From Pseudomonadota bacterium (GTDB lineage: Bacteria > Pseudomonadota > Gammaproteobacteria > Burkholderiales > Burkholderiaceae_C): a stretch of DNA of 25,834 nucleotides. The translations under genes were made by a program, and so were the position numbers. The notes under the pieces are model-generated. The model worked only from the letters and a program-made list of their open reading frames with translations, made no database searches and had not been told where the DNA came from. Positions 18,314-25,834 of this stretch are shown one piece after another. The first letter of the stretch is position 1, and each line of letters begins with the position of its first letter. Location: contig JBEDNN010000017.1 in NCBI GenBank assembly GCA_041170585.1, positions 1 through 25,834 of the forward strand, given 5' to 3'.

Positions 18314-19311
18314 ATTTTTTTATTCTTTATCCAAATTCTTTTATAAACTAATCTCTCGCTATTGTGTATTTTATGAGTTGGTTTTTGAAAAATACCTGGT
18401 TTAACTTCAATATTTTCAAAAGTTTCCGCACCTAAAATTTCAAACTGTTCTGGATTATATTTATCAATAAAAGTTATTGGTACGCCAATTACACCTTCAT
18501 AATCGCAAGGAATATCTTTTGTTTTATCAACATTAATGGCATCATAATTTTCATAGGTTGGATATTCACTTTCATTGCCGTAGTATTTTTTGTATAAAAA
18601 TAAATCTTCGTGCCTTTTTTTAGTATCAATATTTGTGTACCATACAACACCTGAAACCCTTATCATACCTTCTCTATGGTCAGCATCAGAAGCATAATCA
18701 ACATAATGTTGATTTACAAAATGTGCCATATTTCTATTAAACCCATAACCTAACCAAAGCTTATTACTTTTAATTAATTTAAAAATTTCTTTGTAAGTTA
18801 TGGCATTTTGATGTCCGACAATAACAAATTTTTTGTCGTACTCAACCAACTGGGCTACATACTCACGAAACAGTGAAAACGGCGGATTGGTTACAACAAT
18901 GTCGGCTTGCTTTAACAATTCAATACATTCGGCACTTCTAAAATCGCCATCGCCTTTTAAATAAGTAACCTCAATGTCTTCGCGTTTAGGTACTACATCA
19001 CCATTGCTTACGCCAGTATATTCAAGCGAAATACCTCTTTCACATTGATGTGTACTAAATAAATCCATATCTTGGTTTTTATAACACGTTGCAATTAGTT
19101 TTTTTAAGCCAAATTTTTCAAAGTTATATGAAAAAAAGTGAAAGAAATTGCTAATTCTTGGGTCGTCACAATTACATAAAACTACTTTGTTTTTAAAGTG
19201 GTCGCGGTAATGTTTTAGTTCTTTTTCAATATCAGATAATTGTGTATAAAACTCGTCTTTTTTATTGGCTTTTGCAAGCGTTAAATTTGAATTATGTGAT
19301 TTTTTTGTCAT
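18310..19311 (-). CDS. N6-adenine DNA methyltransferase, EcoRI-methylase-like family
   Basis: N-terminal DEFYTQ block and the catalytic motif IV VVTNPPF of amino-methyltransferases. About 333 aa. Start moved to the ATG at 19311 (MTKKSHN...), which has GAGGA 8 nt upstream; the ORF-track start at 19326 is a TTG. Assignment to the EcoRI-methylase family rests on motifs I recalled from memory. Confidence 0.62.
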   Translation of the reverse strand: MTKKSHNSNLTLAKANKKDEFYTQLSDIEKELKHYRDHFKNKVVLCNCDDPRISNFFHFFSYNFEKFGLKKLIATCYKNQDMDLFSTHQCERGISLEYTGVSNGDVVPKREDIEVTYLKGDGDFRSAECIELLKQADIVVTNPPFSLFREYVAQLVEYDKKFVIVGHQNAITYKEIFKLIKSNKLWLGYGFNRNMAHFVNQHYVDYASDADHREGMIRVSGVVWYTNIDTKKRHEDLFLYKKYYGNESEYPTYENYDAINVDKTKDIPCDYEGVIGVPITFIDKYNPEQFEILGAETFENIEVKPGIFQKPTHKIHNSERLVYKRIWIKNKKI

Positions 19312-19370
19312 TACTATTTTCCTCAAACTAACACTTGCACAGTGTCTAAACTTTTATTAAGACTTTTTTA

Positions 19371-20654
19371 CTAATTTAAAACTTTTTTTACTAATTTTGG
19401 TGCATGTTTGCCATTGACACAATCAGCGTCTACAAAGACTGTAACAACGTCATTTATGCTAGGCAATTCATACATTGTGTCTAATAAAACGTTCTCCAAT
19501 ACACTACGTAAACCCCGTGCGCCTGTTTTGCGAGCAATAGCCAGTTCAGCGATTGCACTTAATGCCTCTTCGGTGACTTCTAAATTAACATTTTCCATCG
19601 CTAATAAAGCAGCATATTGTTTGATAGCCGCATTTTTAGGTTGAGTCAAAATATTAATTAAAGCGGCTTTGTCCAATTCGGCTAAAGCGACCATCACAGG
19701 CATACGGCCAACAATTTCAGGGATTAAGCCAAAACGAATTAAATCATCGGGCTGTACATCTTTGAATACATCAGTCAAGCTGCGGCTATCAACACTGCGG
19801 ACTTGTGCACCAAAACCAATACTTGACTTGTCTGTTCGGGCAGATACAATTTTGTTTAAGCCTTCAAACGCACCGCCACAAATAAATAAAATTTGCGAAG
19901 TATCAACAGTCACCGTATTTTGTCCTGGGTGTTTACGTCCACCACTGGGCGATACCGATGCTTTTGTACCTTCAATTAATTTTAATAATGCCTGCTGAAC
20001 ACCTTCACCCGATACATCACGAGTAATTGACGCATTTTCTGATTTTCTAGAAATTTTATCAATTTCATCAATATAGACAATGCCACGTTGCGCTTTTTCA
20101 ACATCATTATCACAATTTTGTAATAGTTTAGCGATAATGTTTTCTACATCTTCACCCACATAGCCTGCTTGCGTCAGTGTTGTCGCATCAGCAATCACAA
20201 AAGGGACATCTAATAAACGAGCTAAAGTTTGAGCCAATAAAGTTTTACCCGAACCGGTTGGCCCAATCAACAGTACATTGCTTTTGGTTAATTCAACGGT
20301 ATGCGCACTTTGAACGTGTTCTAAACGTTTATAGTGGTTGTATACAGCGACTGACAATACCCGTTTAGCAGTTTCTTGACCAATCACATATTCGTCTAAA
20401 GTGGCTTTAATTTCGGCAGGTTTAGGCAGTTTTTTAATGTCAGTTTGCTGCTGGCTTGCCGATTTTACGCTTACATCAGTTGGCTTTGATGGGGCTTGAG
20501 TGGGCGATGTAGTACCGAATTCCTCGTCTAATACGGTTTGACATTCCGCTATACACCCGTCACAGATATAAAATTTACCTGCATTAATGAGTTTACGAAC
20601 TTGGTGTTCGGCTTGTCCACAAATAGAACAAGACAAAGTTTTTCCTAAAGCCAT
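19371..20654 (-). CDS. clpX: ATP-dependent Clp protease ATP-binding subunit ClpX
   Basis: N-terminal zinc-binding C4 motif CSICGQ...CDGC. Walker A GPTGSGKT. Walker B VYIDEIDK. ClpX-type sensor regions. TAATG overlap with clpP. Confidence 0.95.
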   Translation of the reverse strand: MALGKTLSCSICGQAEHQVRKLINAGKFYICDGCIAECQTVLDEEFGTTSPTQAPSKPTDVSVKSASQQQTDIKKLPKPAEIKATLDEYVIGQETAKRVLSVAVYNHYKRLEHVQSAHTVELTKSNVLLIGPTGSGKTLLAQTLARLLDVPFVIADATTLTQAGYVGEDVENIIAKLLQNCDNDVEKAQRGIVYIDEIDKISRKSENASITRDVSGEGVQQALLKLIEGTKASVSPSGGRKHPGQNTVTVDTSQILFICGGAFEGLNKIVSARTDKSSIGFGAQVRSVDSRSLTDVFKDVQPDDLIRFGLIPEIVGRMPVMVALAELDKAALINILTQPKNAAIKQYAALLAMENVNLEVTEEALSAIAELAIARKTGARGLRSVLENVLLDTMYELPSINDVVTVFVDADCVNGKHAPKLVKKVLN

Positions 20655-21343
20655 TATGCTGCACCTGTATTGGGCGTAGTGGGTGTTAAATCAGACGTAG
20701 GGTCTGGACGCTTTAATAACATAGTATCAATTAAACCGTATTCAACCGCTGCTTCAGTAGACATAAAAGTATCTCGTTCAGTATCTTGCTCAATACGCTC
20801 AATGCTTTGCCCTGTATGGTGTACCAATATTTTATTTAAACGGCCTTTTAAATCTTGAATTTCACGTGCTTGAATCTGAATATCTGTGGCTTGACCACTT
20901 GCACCGCCTGATGGTTGATGAATCATAATACGTGAATTAGGCAAAGCGAAACGCTTACCTTTTTCACCAGCAGCCAATAAAAAGGCCCCCATACTCGCGG
21001 CTAAACCACAGCACAAAGTAGAGACTTGTGGGCGAATAAACTGCATTGTGTCGTAAATACCCATACCTGCATACACACTACCACCTGGGCTATTAATATA
21101 AAATGAAATGTCTTTGTCTGGATTTTCACTTTCTAAAAACAATAATTGTGCAATGATTAAATTAGCACTGTAGTCATTGACTGGACCTACTAAAAAAATA
21201 ACCCGCTCACGCAGCAACCGTGAATAAATATCATAAGCACGTTCACCACGGCCACTTTGTTCAATGACCATAGGCACCATACCCAAATTTTGGGGGGTAT
21301 TACGTTCAGGATTGGCATGCCAATCGCGTAGATCAAAACTCAT
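20654..21343 (-). CDS. clpP: ATP-dependent Clp protease proteolytic subunit ClpP
   Basis: Ser-His-Asp catalytic context ([16 protein letters not shown]). Immediately upstream of clpX. RBS AGGA. Confidence 0.95.
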   Translation of the reverse strand: MSFDLRDWHANPERNTPQNLGMVPMVIEQSGRGERAYDIYSRLLRERVIFLVGPVNDYSANLIIAQLLFLESENPDKDISFYINSPGGSVYAGMGIYDTMQFIRPQVSTLCCGLAASMGAFLLAAGEKGKRFALPNSRIMIHQPSGGASGQATDIQIQAREIQDLKGRLNKILVHHTGQSIERIEQDTERDTFMSTEAAVEYGLIDTMLLKRPDPTSDLTPTTPNTGAA

Positions 21344-21382
21344 AAATTATCCTATATATAGTATTAAATATTAAGCATTAAA

Positions 21383-21498
21383 TATTAAATGTTAAATGCT
21401 AAATATGTTAATTATTAAATGTTAATTATTAAATGTTTAATATTAAATGTTAAATGCTAAATATGTTAATTGTTAAATGTTAATTATTAATTTTAATT
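21383..21498. repeat. 58-bp unit tandemly duplicated (tattaaatgttaaatgctaaatatgttaatt...) in the tig-clpP spacer
   Basis: Two near-identical 58-bp units that differ at a few positions. Followed by smaller duplications (gaattaaatt x2, aagtaaataa x2). Probably the clpP promoter region. Confidence 0.85.
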
Positions 21499-21540
21499 GA
21501 ATTAAATTTTGAATTAAATTAAGTAAATAATTAAGTAAAT

Positions 21541-21580
21541 AAAAACACCGTAGGTACTGTAATAGCCAACGGTGTTTTCA
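21541..21580 (-). terminator. rho-independent terminator downstream of tig (the hairpin is also readable on the plus strand)
   Basis: Inverted repeat AACACCG...CGGTGTT. On the minus-strand transcript it is followed by a TTTTT run, about 20 nt after the tig stop. Confidence 0.5.
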
Positions 21581-21600
21581 AAAGCATCGTTTTTTAGCGG

Positions 21601-22911
21601 TTAAGCTGCCATTACTTCTTCAAATGGCACAACCGTAGTAGTTACGGCACAGTTATTTAGTAGCCACTCCACGGCATTATCTTCTAATACAACGGCTTCT
21701 ATTTCTTGCAAACGTTCGCGGCTACCAAAATACCAAGCGGCTACTTCTTCAGGCTTTTGATAGCTAGCACTAATTTCATCAATTCTTTGGCGTACTTGTT
21801 CAGGCTTAACCTGTAGTTTATTTTGTGTAATTAATTCACCTAAAGCCAAGCCCAATTTGACACGTTTGGTACTTTGCTCAATAAACGCGTCTAATGGCAA
21901 ATCAGGCACATTGTCAGTCATACCTTGGCGTTTCATTTGTTCTTTAAACTGTTCTTTTTGTGCAGCACACTCATCATTAATTAATGATTTAGGTGCGTCA
22001 AAACTAGTATTAGTCAGCATTGAATCTAAAGCGGCTTGTTTACTGCGAGCATACATACGCCCTTTTACTTCACGTTCTAAATTAGCTTTAACATCTGTTT
22101 TTAATTTTTCTACATTGCCGTCTTCAAAACCCATTAATTTAGCAAAATCAGCATCTAGCTCCGGTAATACTGGCGTTTCTATGCTTAAAGCAGTGAGTTC
22201 AAATTGTGCAGTTTTACCTTTAACTGCTTCACCTGAATAGTCATCAGGGAAGGTTAAATCAAACAGTTTAGTTTCGCCTGCTTTGATACCTGTTGCCGCC
22301 GCTTCAAATTCTGGCAACATACGACCAGCGCCTAATTCAAAATTAAACTGTTCAGCCGTGCCACCTTCAAATGCCACACCATTGACTTTACCAATAAAGT
22401 TACAATTTATTTTGTCACCTTTTTCAGCCATTTTGTTAGTAACAACATAGTTTGCACGTTGTTTACGTAATTTATTTAAAGTGTCTTCAATATCAGAATC
22501 TGTAATGTTGGCTTGAAATGACTCAAAATTAACGGATTTAAAATCACCAAAATGAATGGTTGGATACACTTCAAATGTTGCACTAAACGCTAATTCTTCA
22601 GGGTTAGAGTGATTTTCAATTGCGGTAATATCTGGACGGCCTGCAATACGTAATTTTTGTGCATCAGCTGCCTTGGCAAAAGTATCAACTACTTGTTCAT
22701 TTAAAGCATCATTAAAGGCACTATAACCATAATTTTTTTCAATCATACTTAAAGGCACTTTACCTGGACGAAAACCAGGTAATCTAACGGTTTTACTCAA
22801 TTTTTGTAATTGCTTTTTAGTCGCAGTTTGGACATCAGACTCTAAAACCGCGAAATTCATTTTTCGGGTTATGCTGGATACGTCAGACAATGTTTCAATC
22901 GTTACTTGCAT
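21601..22911 (-). CDS. tig: trigger factor (ribosome-associated peptidyl-prolyl isomerase chaperone)
   Basis: Begins MQVTIETL as canonical trigger factor does. FKBP-like middle domain (GKVNGVAFEGG). Start moved to the ATG at 22911, which has AGGAA 5 nt upstream; the ORF-track start at 22959 adds 16 implausible residues. Gene order tig-clpP-clpX is conserved. Confidence 0.9.
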   Translation of the reverse strand: MQVTIETLSDVSSITRKMNFAVLESDVQTATKKQLQKLSKTVRLPGFRPGKVPLSMIEKNYGYSAFNDALNEQVVDTFAKAADAQKLRIAGRPDITAIENHSNPEELAFSATFEVYPTIHFGDFKSVNFESFQANITDSDIEDTLNKLRKQRANYVVTNKMAEKGDKINCNFIGKVNGVAFEGGTAEQFNFELGAGRMLPEFEAAATGIKAGETKLFDLTFPDDYSGEAVKGKTAQFELTALSIETPVLPELDADFAKLMGFEDGNVEKLKTDVKANLEREVKGRMYARSKQAALDSMLTNTSFDAPKSLINDECAAQKEQFKEQMKRQGMTDNVPDLPLDAFIEQSTKRVKLGLALGELITQNKLQVKPEQVRQRIDEISASYQKPEEVAAWYFGSRERLQEIEAVVLEDNAVEWLLNNCAVTTTVVPFEEVMAA

Positions 22912-23001
22912 GTTGTTCCTTAAAATAAGCTGTGTTAAAAATAAAATGGTATAAAACAATTAAAGATAAAAACCAAATATAAATATGTAAATTATTTATA
23001 G

Positions 23002-23085
23002 ACTATATAAAAACCATATAAAAACCATATAAAAACTATATAAAAACTATATAAAAACTATATAAACTATATAAACCAAATATAC
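23002..23085. repeat. 11-13 bp tandem repeat (tataaaaacNa)x6-7 upstream of tig
   Basis: Degenerate tandem copies: ccatataaaaa / ctatataaaaa / ctatataaa. Confidence 0.85.
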
Positions 23086-23157
23086 AAAGACTAAATAATT
23101 TAACATTGTAAACTAGGCTTTAAATGGTGTGTTTATAGGCTGTTTTTCAATAAAAAA

Positions 23158-23214
23158 ATCAAATAAAAATCAAATCTAAATCAAATCTAAATCAAATCTA
23201 AATCAAATCTAAAT
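23158..23214. repeat. 11-bp tandem repeat (aaatcaaatct)x4-5, immediately 3' of the TatD-family gene stop
   Basis: Perfect tandem copies that end at the stop codon. Confidence 0.9.
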
Positions 23215-24014
23215 TAGCAATGATTCACTCTTGGACTAAATAAACGCCAAAAATTTTGACTGGTTTGTTGTGCAAAATCTACTGATTGAATACCACGTAA
23301 TTGAGCAATAAAATCACCTACATGGCTTACATAAGCGGGTTGATTGTCTTTGCCACGCTTGGGAACGGGTGCTAAATAAGGCGAATCTGTTTCTATCAAA
23401 ATACGATCACTGGGAATTTTTAAAGCGACTTCGCGTAAAGCGGTTGCATTTTTAAAGGTAGTAATGCCTGAAAATGAGATATAAAACCCTAAATCTAACG
23501 CCGCTTTAGCAACTTCCCATGTTTCAGTGAAACAATGAATCACACCGCTACATTGACTGGCATTTTCAGCCAATAAAATAGCTATCGTATCGTTAGATGC
23601 TTCGCGGGTATGAACAATAAGTGGTTTATTACACTTAATCGCGGCTTGAATATGGGTAGCGAAACGTTGCCGTTGCCATGCTAAATCGGCTGGATTAGTT
23701 TCATGATCGGTTTTAAACCAATGATAGTCTAACCCCGTTTCACCGATTGCCAGCACTTTAGGGGAGCGTCCAGCTAAATCCAGTAATGAGTCTATACTGG
23801 GTTCATCACTGTCCTTGTATTCAGGGTGTACACCCACACTGGCATATAAATGCGTATGATTGTTTGCAATATCTAATACAATTTTAGAATCCGCTAAAGT
23901 TGTACCAATAACCAATGCAGCATCAACGTTGTGCATATTCATATTGGTCAATAATTGCGGTATTTGCGACAATAAGCGTTCGTCAGATAAATGACAATGA
24001 GAATCAATCCACAT
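23214..24014 (-). CDS. TatD-family metal-dependent hydrolase / deoxyribonuclease (YcfH-like)
   Basis: 266 aa. N-terminal IDSHCHL. TatD-fold His/Glu/Asp ligand blocks (GETGLDYH, HTR, HCF, ETDSPYL). Confidence 0.85.
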   Translation of the reverse strand: MWIDSHCHLSDERLLSQIPQLLTNMNMHNVDAALVIGTTLADSKIVLDIANNHTHLYASVGVHPEYKDSDEPSIDSLLDLAGRSPKVLAIGETGLDYHWFKTDHETNPADLAWQRQRFATHIQAAIKCNKPLIVHTREASNDTIAILLAENASQCSGVIHCFTETWEVAKAALDLGFYISFSGITTFKNATALREVALKIPSDRILIETDSPYLAPVPKRGKDNQPAYVSHVGDFIAQLRGIQSVDFAQQTSQNFWRLFSPRVNHC

Positions 24015-24020
24015 AATTTT

Positions 24021-24095
24021 TTAGTTATTTAGTTATTTAGTTGTTTAGTTGGTTTAACTTTAATTTAAGTTAATGGTGTTTAAGTTAATGGCGTT
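24021..24095. repeat. 9-bp tandem repeat (ttagttatt)x4 plus (taagttaatggYgtt)x2, between the methyltransferase gene stop and the TatD-family gene start
   Basis: Tandem copies seen directly. Confidence 0.85.
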
Positions 24096-24099
24096 GCAG

Positions 24100-25830
24100 T
24101 CATTTTAAAAACCCCAATTCATACACCATTGGCCTAAGTTTTTCAGACAGTTCGGCATAGGCTGTTTTAAACGGGTCAAAATCCACTACTTCGTTTTTAG
24201 CGTGGGCTTCTAGGGCTTTGCGAATTTGATACCAGCCGACATCAGCACGATTGAGTTTAAACTCATCTTTAATTTTGTGTTCAAATTCGATGGCGTGATA
24301 TTGTTGCCATAGCATTTTACCTTGTGCTAAAACGGCTTTGGCTTCTTTAGACAACTGTGTTTTTTTAATGGCATTTAAATAATCCACCATAAAGTTGGAT
24401 TCAAATTTATCATTTGCCCCCACTTCAGCAGCGGTAAAAGGAATAAAGTGATTGACGATACTCCATTTTTTTTCGTTCCATTTTAAATTATTGGCACTGG
24501 CGGTGAGGTTGCTGCCGTTAAATAATAACCAAACCAAACAATCATTTTTAAAGACTTCGGTTAAAGGTTCGGTCGCTTGTAAAAACTGGTCACGGTCGTT
24601 TAACCACGTAGGTTTAATTAAGCGGCGTACCGCAAAAATAACTGCCGCTTGAGCGAGGTTGTCTTTGGTTATATAAAAACCGCAGCCATTACTAAAAACT
24701 GATGACAATATTGCAGTATGTGTTGCGGTTTGCTGAAGATCATTGCCAGCACTCCAAAAATATCCAATTGAACTGCTATTCCATGCTGTTACTTTTGCAT
24801 ATGCAATTTGAGGGGATATAGCATTTTTTAATGGAATATTGATTGTATTTGTTGGCAATCTTGGAAGCCATTCATTTAACAATAACTTTGTTGGTAGATT
24901 ATAAAAAACTTTTTCTCCTGCGTATTTGACATTTTTATCTAACGCCGTCGTAGTAATTTCAGTAATTGTTTTTTTCTTGCTAGTGTCCCACACTAAAAAG
25001 CCAATAGGAAAATTACCATTTAAGCCATCAAAAGCCTTGCTATGTACTACAAAGCCACCTAAATAGTGTGCCTGCCATTTTTGTCTAAATTGTTCAAAAT
25101 TGGGAGCATTAACATATTTTAAAGTACTAAACATTGCCAGCTTTGCAGTGGGAATTTCTTTTTGTATACGTGCCATAAACTGTACAAATAACTCACGCGA
25201 GGCATAACCATAACCTGTTTCGTCCATTAATTTACCAATTTGAGTTTTAGAAACACCTTTTTTTGTTTTAATCTCACCACCTGTAATTGTATTTTCAGAG
25301 TTTGAAGCCTCTGCATACGGCGGGTTAATCAATATTAATATCTGTTTTGCACTTTTTACGCCTTTGTCGGCATCAGTAATCGCTTGACGTAAAGATAGGG
25401 GTAATTTATGACTGATTTGATAATCAATATTACCAAAATCATCAATATCATCATTCAAATAATCATATTGAAATTTGGTCGCTTGAACGCACGTTTTAGC
25501 AGCTTTCATTACGTCAATATCGGCTTGGTCTAGCGTACTCATAAATAAATTATTATGATTACTGTGCTTGACTTCAAGGTTGCCCACACCGCAACACATA
25601 TCCCAAACAATGTATTTTTGTTGCCAATTTTTACCCAAGGTTTGGGCTAATAAATCATAAGCCTTGTCCACAACTTTGAGCGGCGTGTAATACGCCCCTT
25701 TAAAATTGCGTTCATCAAGCGGCAATAAACTGTCGCGTCGTGCCAGTAAATATTCGCGGTGTTCAACTTCAGGCGGGCGGTGATACATCGCCCAAAACCG
25801 CCGATAACCTTCGCTACTAGATAACCTCAT
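24100..25830 (-). CDS. gamma-class N6-adenine DNA methyltransferase plus target-recognition region; 5' end may be truncated by the window edge
   Basis: Motif X GAYYTPLKVV, motif I WDMCCGVGNLE, motif IV INPPYAEAS, then about 350 aa of non-conserved sequence (a putative target-recognition domain). The first in-frame ATG is 4 nt from the window end, so the true N-terminus may lie outside. Confidence 0.6.
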   Translation of the reverse strand: MRLSSSEGYRRFWAMYHRPPEVEHREYLLARRDSLLPLDERNFKGAYYTPLKVVDKAYDLLAQTLGKNWQQKYIVWDMCCGVGNLEVKHSNHNNLFMSTLDQADIDVMKAAKTCVQATKFQYDYLNDDIDDFGNIDYQISHKLPLSLRQAITDADKGVKSAKQILILINPPYAEASNSENTITGGEIKTKKGVSKTQIGKLMDETGYGYASRELFVQFMARIQKEIPTAKLAMFSTLKYVNAPNFEQFRQKWQAHYLGGFVVHSKAFDGLNGNFPIGFLVWDTSKKKTITEITTTALDKNVKYAGEKVFYNLPTKLLLNEWLPRLPTNTINIPLKNAISPQIAYAKVTAWNSSSIGYFWSAGNDLQQTATHTAILSSVFSNGCGFYITKDNLAQAAVIFAVRRLIKPTWLNDRDQFLQATEPLTEVFKNDCLVWLLFNGSNLTASANNLKWNEKKWSIVNHFIPFTAAEVGANDKFESNFMVDYLNAIKKTQLSKEAKAVLAQGKMLWQQYHAIEFEHKIKDEFKLNRADVGWYQIRKALEAHAKNEVVDFDPFKTAYAELSEKLRPMVYELGFLK

Positions 25831-25834
25831 GGGC

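Noticed and set aside
7807-24095. Tandem repeat arrays as possible CRISPR arrays
   Set aside because: Units are 8-16 bp with no unique spacers. They are A/T-simple and too short for CRISPR repeats, and no cas genes are present.
1-25834. Search for tRNA/rRNA genes, integrases or transposases flanking the AT-rich defence islets
   Set aside because: No GC-rich cloverleaf-like segments and no integrase or transposase motifs were found in any frame. The islets appear to lack recognisable mobility genes within the window.

Overview
This is an AT-rich window (roughly 30-42% GC) that looks like a gammaproteobacterial chromosome. It carries mostly housekeeping genes: argJ; an MsbA-like ABC exporter; a plus-strand operon fadB-fadA-purK-tadA-ldcA; then a long minus-strand run of flotillin, a Prx5-type peroxiredoxin, mlaC-mlaB, fabD-fabG, clpX-clpP, tig and a TatD-family hydrolase. 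Three phage-defence or restriction-modification-like modules are set among them. The first, at 331-2254, is a translationally coupled ATPase plus HNH nuclease pair in a very AT-rich islet that resembles Septu (PtuA/PtuB). The second, at 17216-19326, is a translationally coupled EcoRI-like N6-adenine methyltransferase plus a DUF262(ParB/GmrS-like)-HNH nuclease, in an AT-rich islet between fabD and clpX. This is a candidate restriction-modification-like system of unusual architecture and the best candidate for something undescribed. The third, at 24100-25830, is a gamma-class N6-adenine methyltransferase whose 5' end may be cut by the window edge. Almost every intergenic region carries short A/T-rich tandem repeats with 8-16 bp units. 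One 58-bp unit is tandemly duplicated. A ~50-bp direct repeat sits at the 3' ends of two different minus-strand genes and brackets a solo flotillin gene. I found no transposase, integrase, tRNA, rRNA or CRISPR array. All functional calls come from reading motifs in the translated ORFs; no database search was possible.
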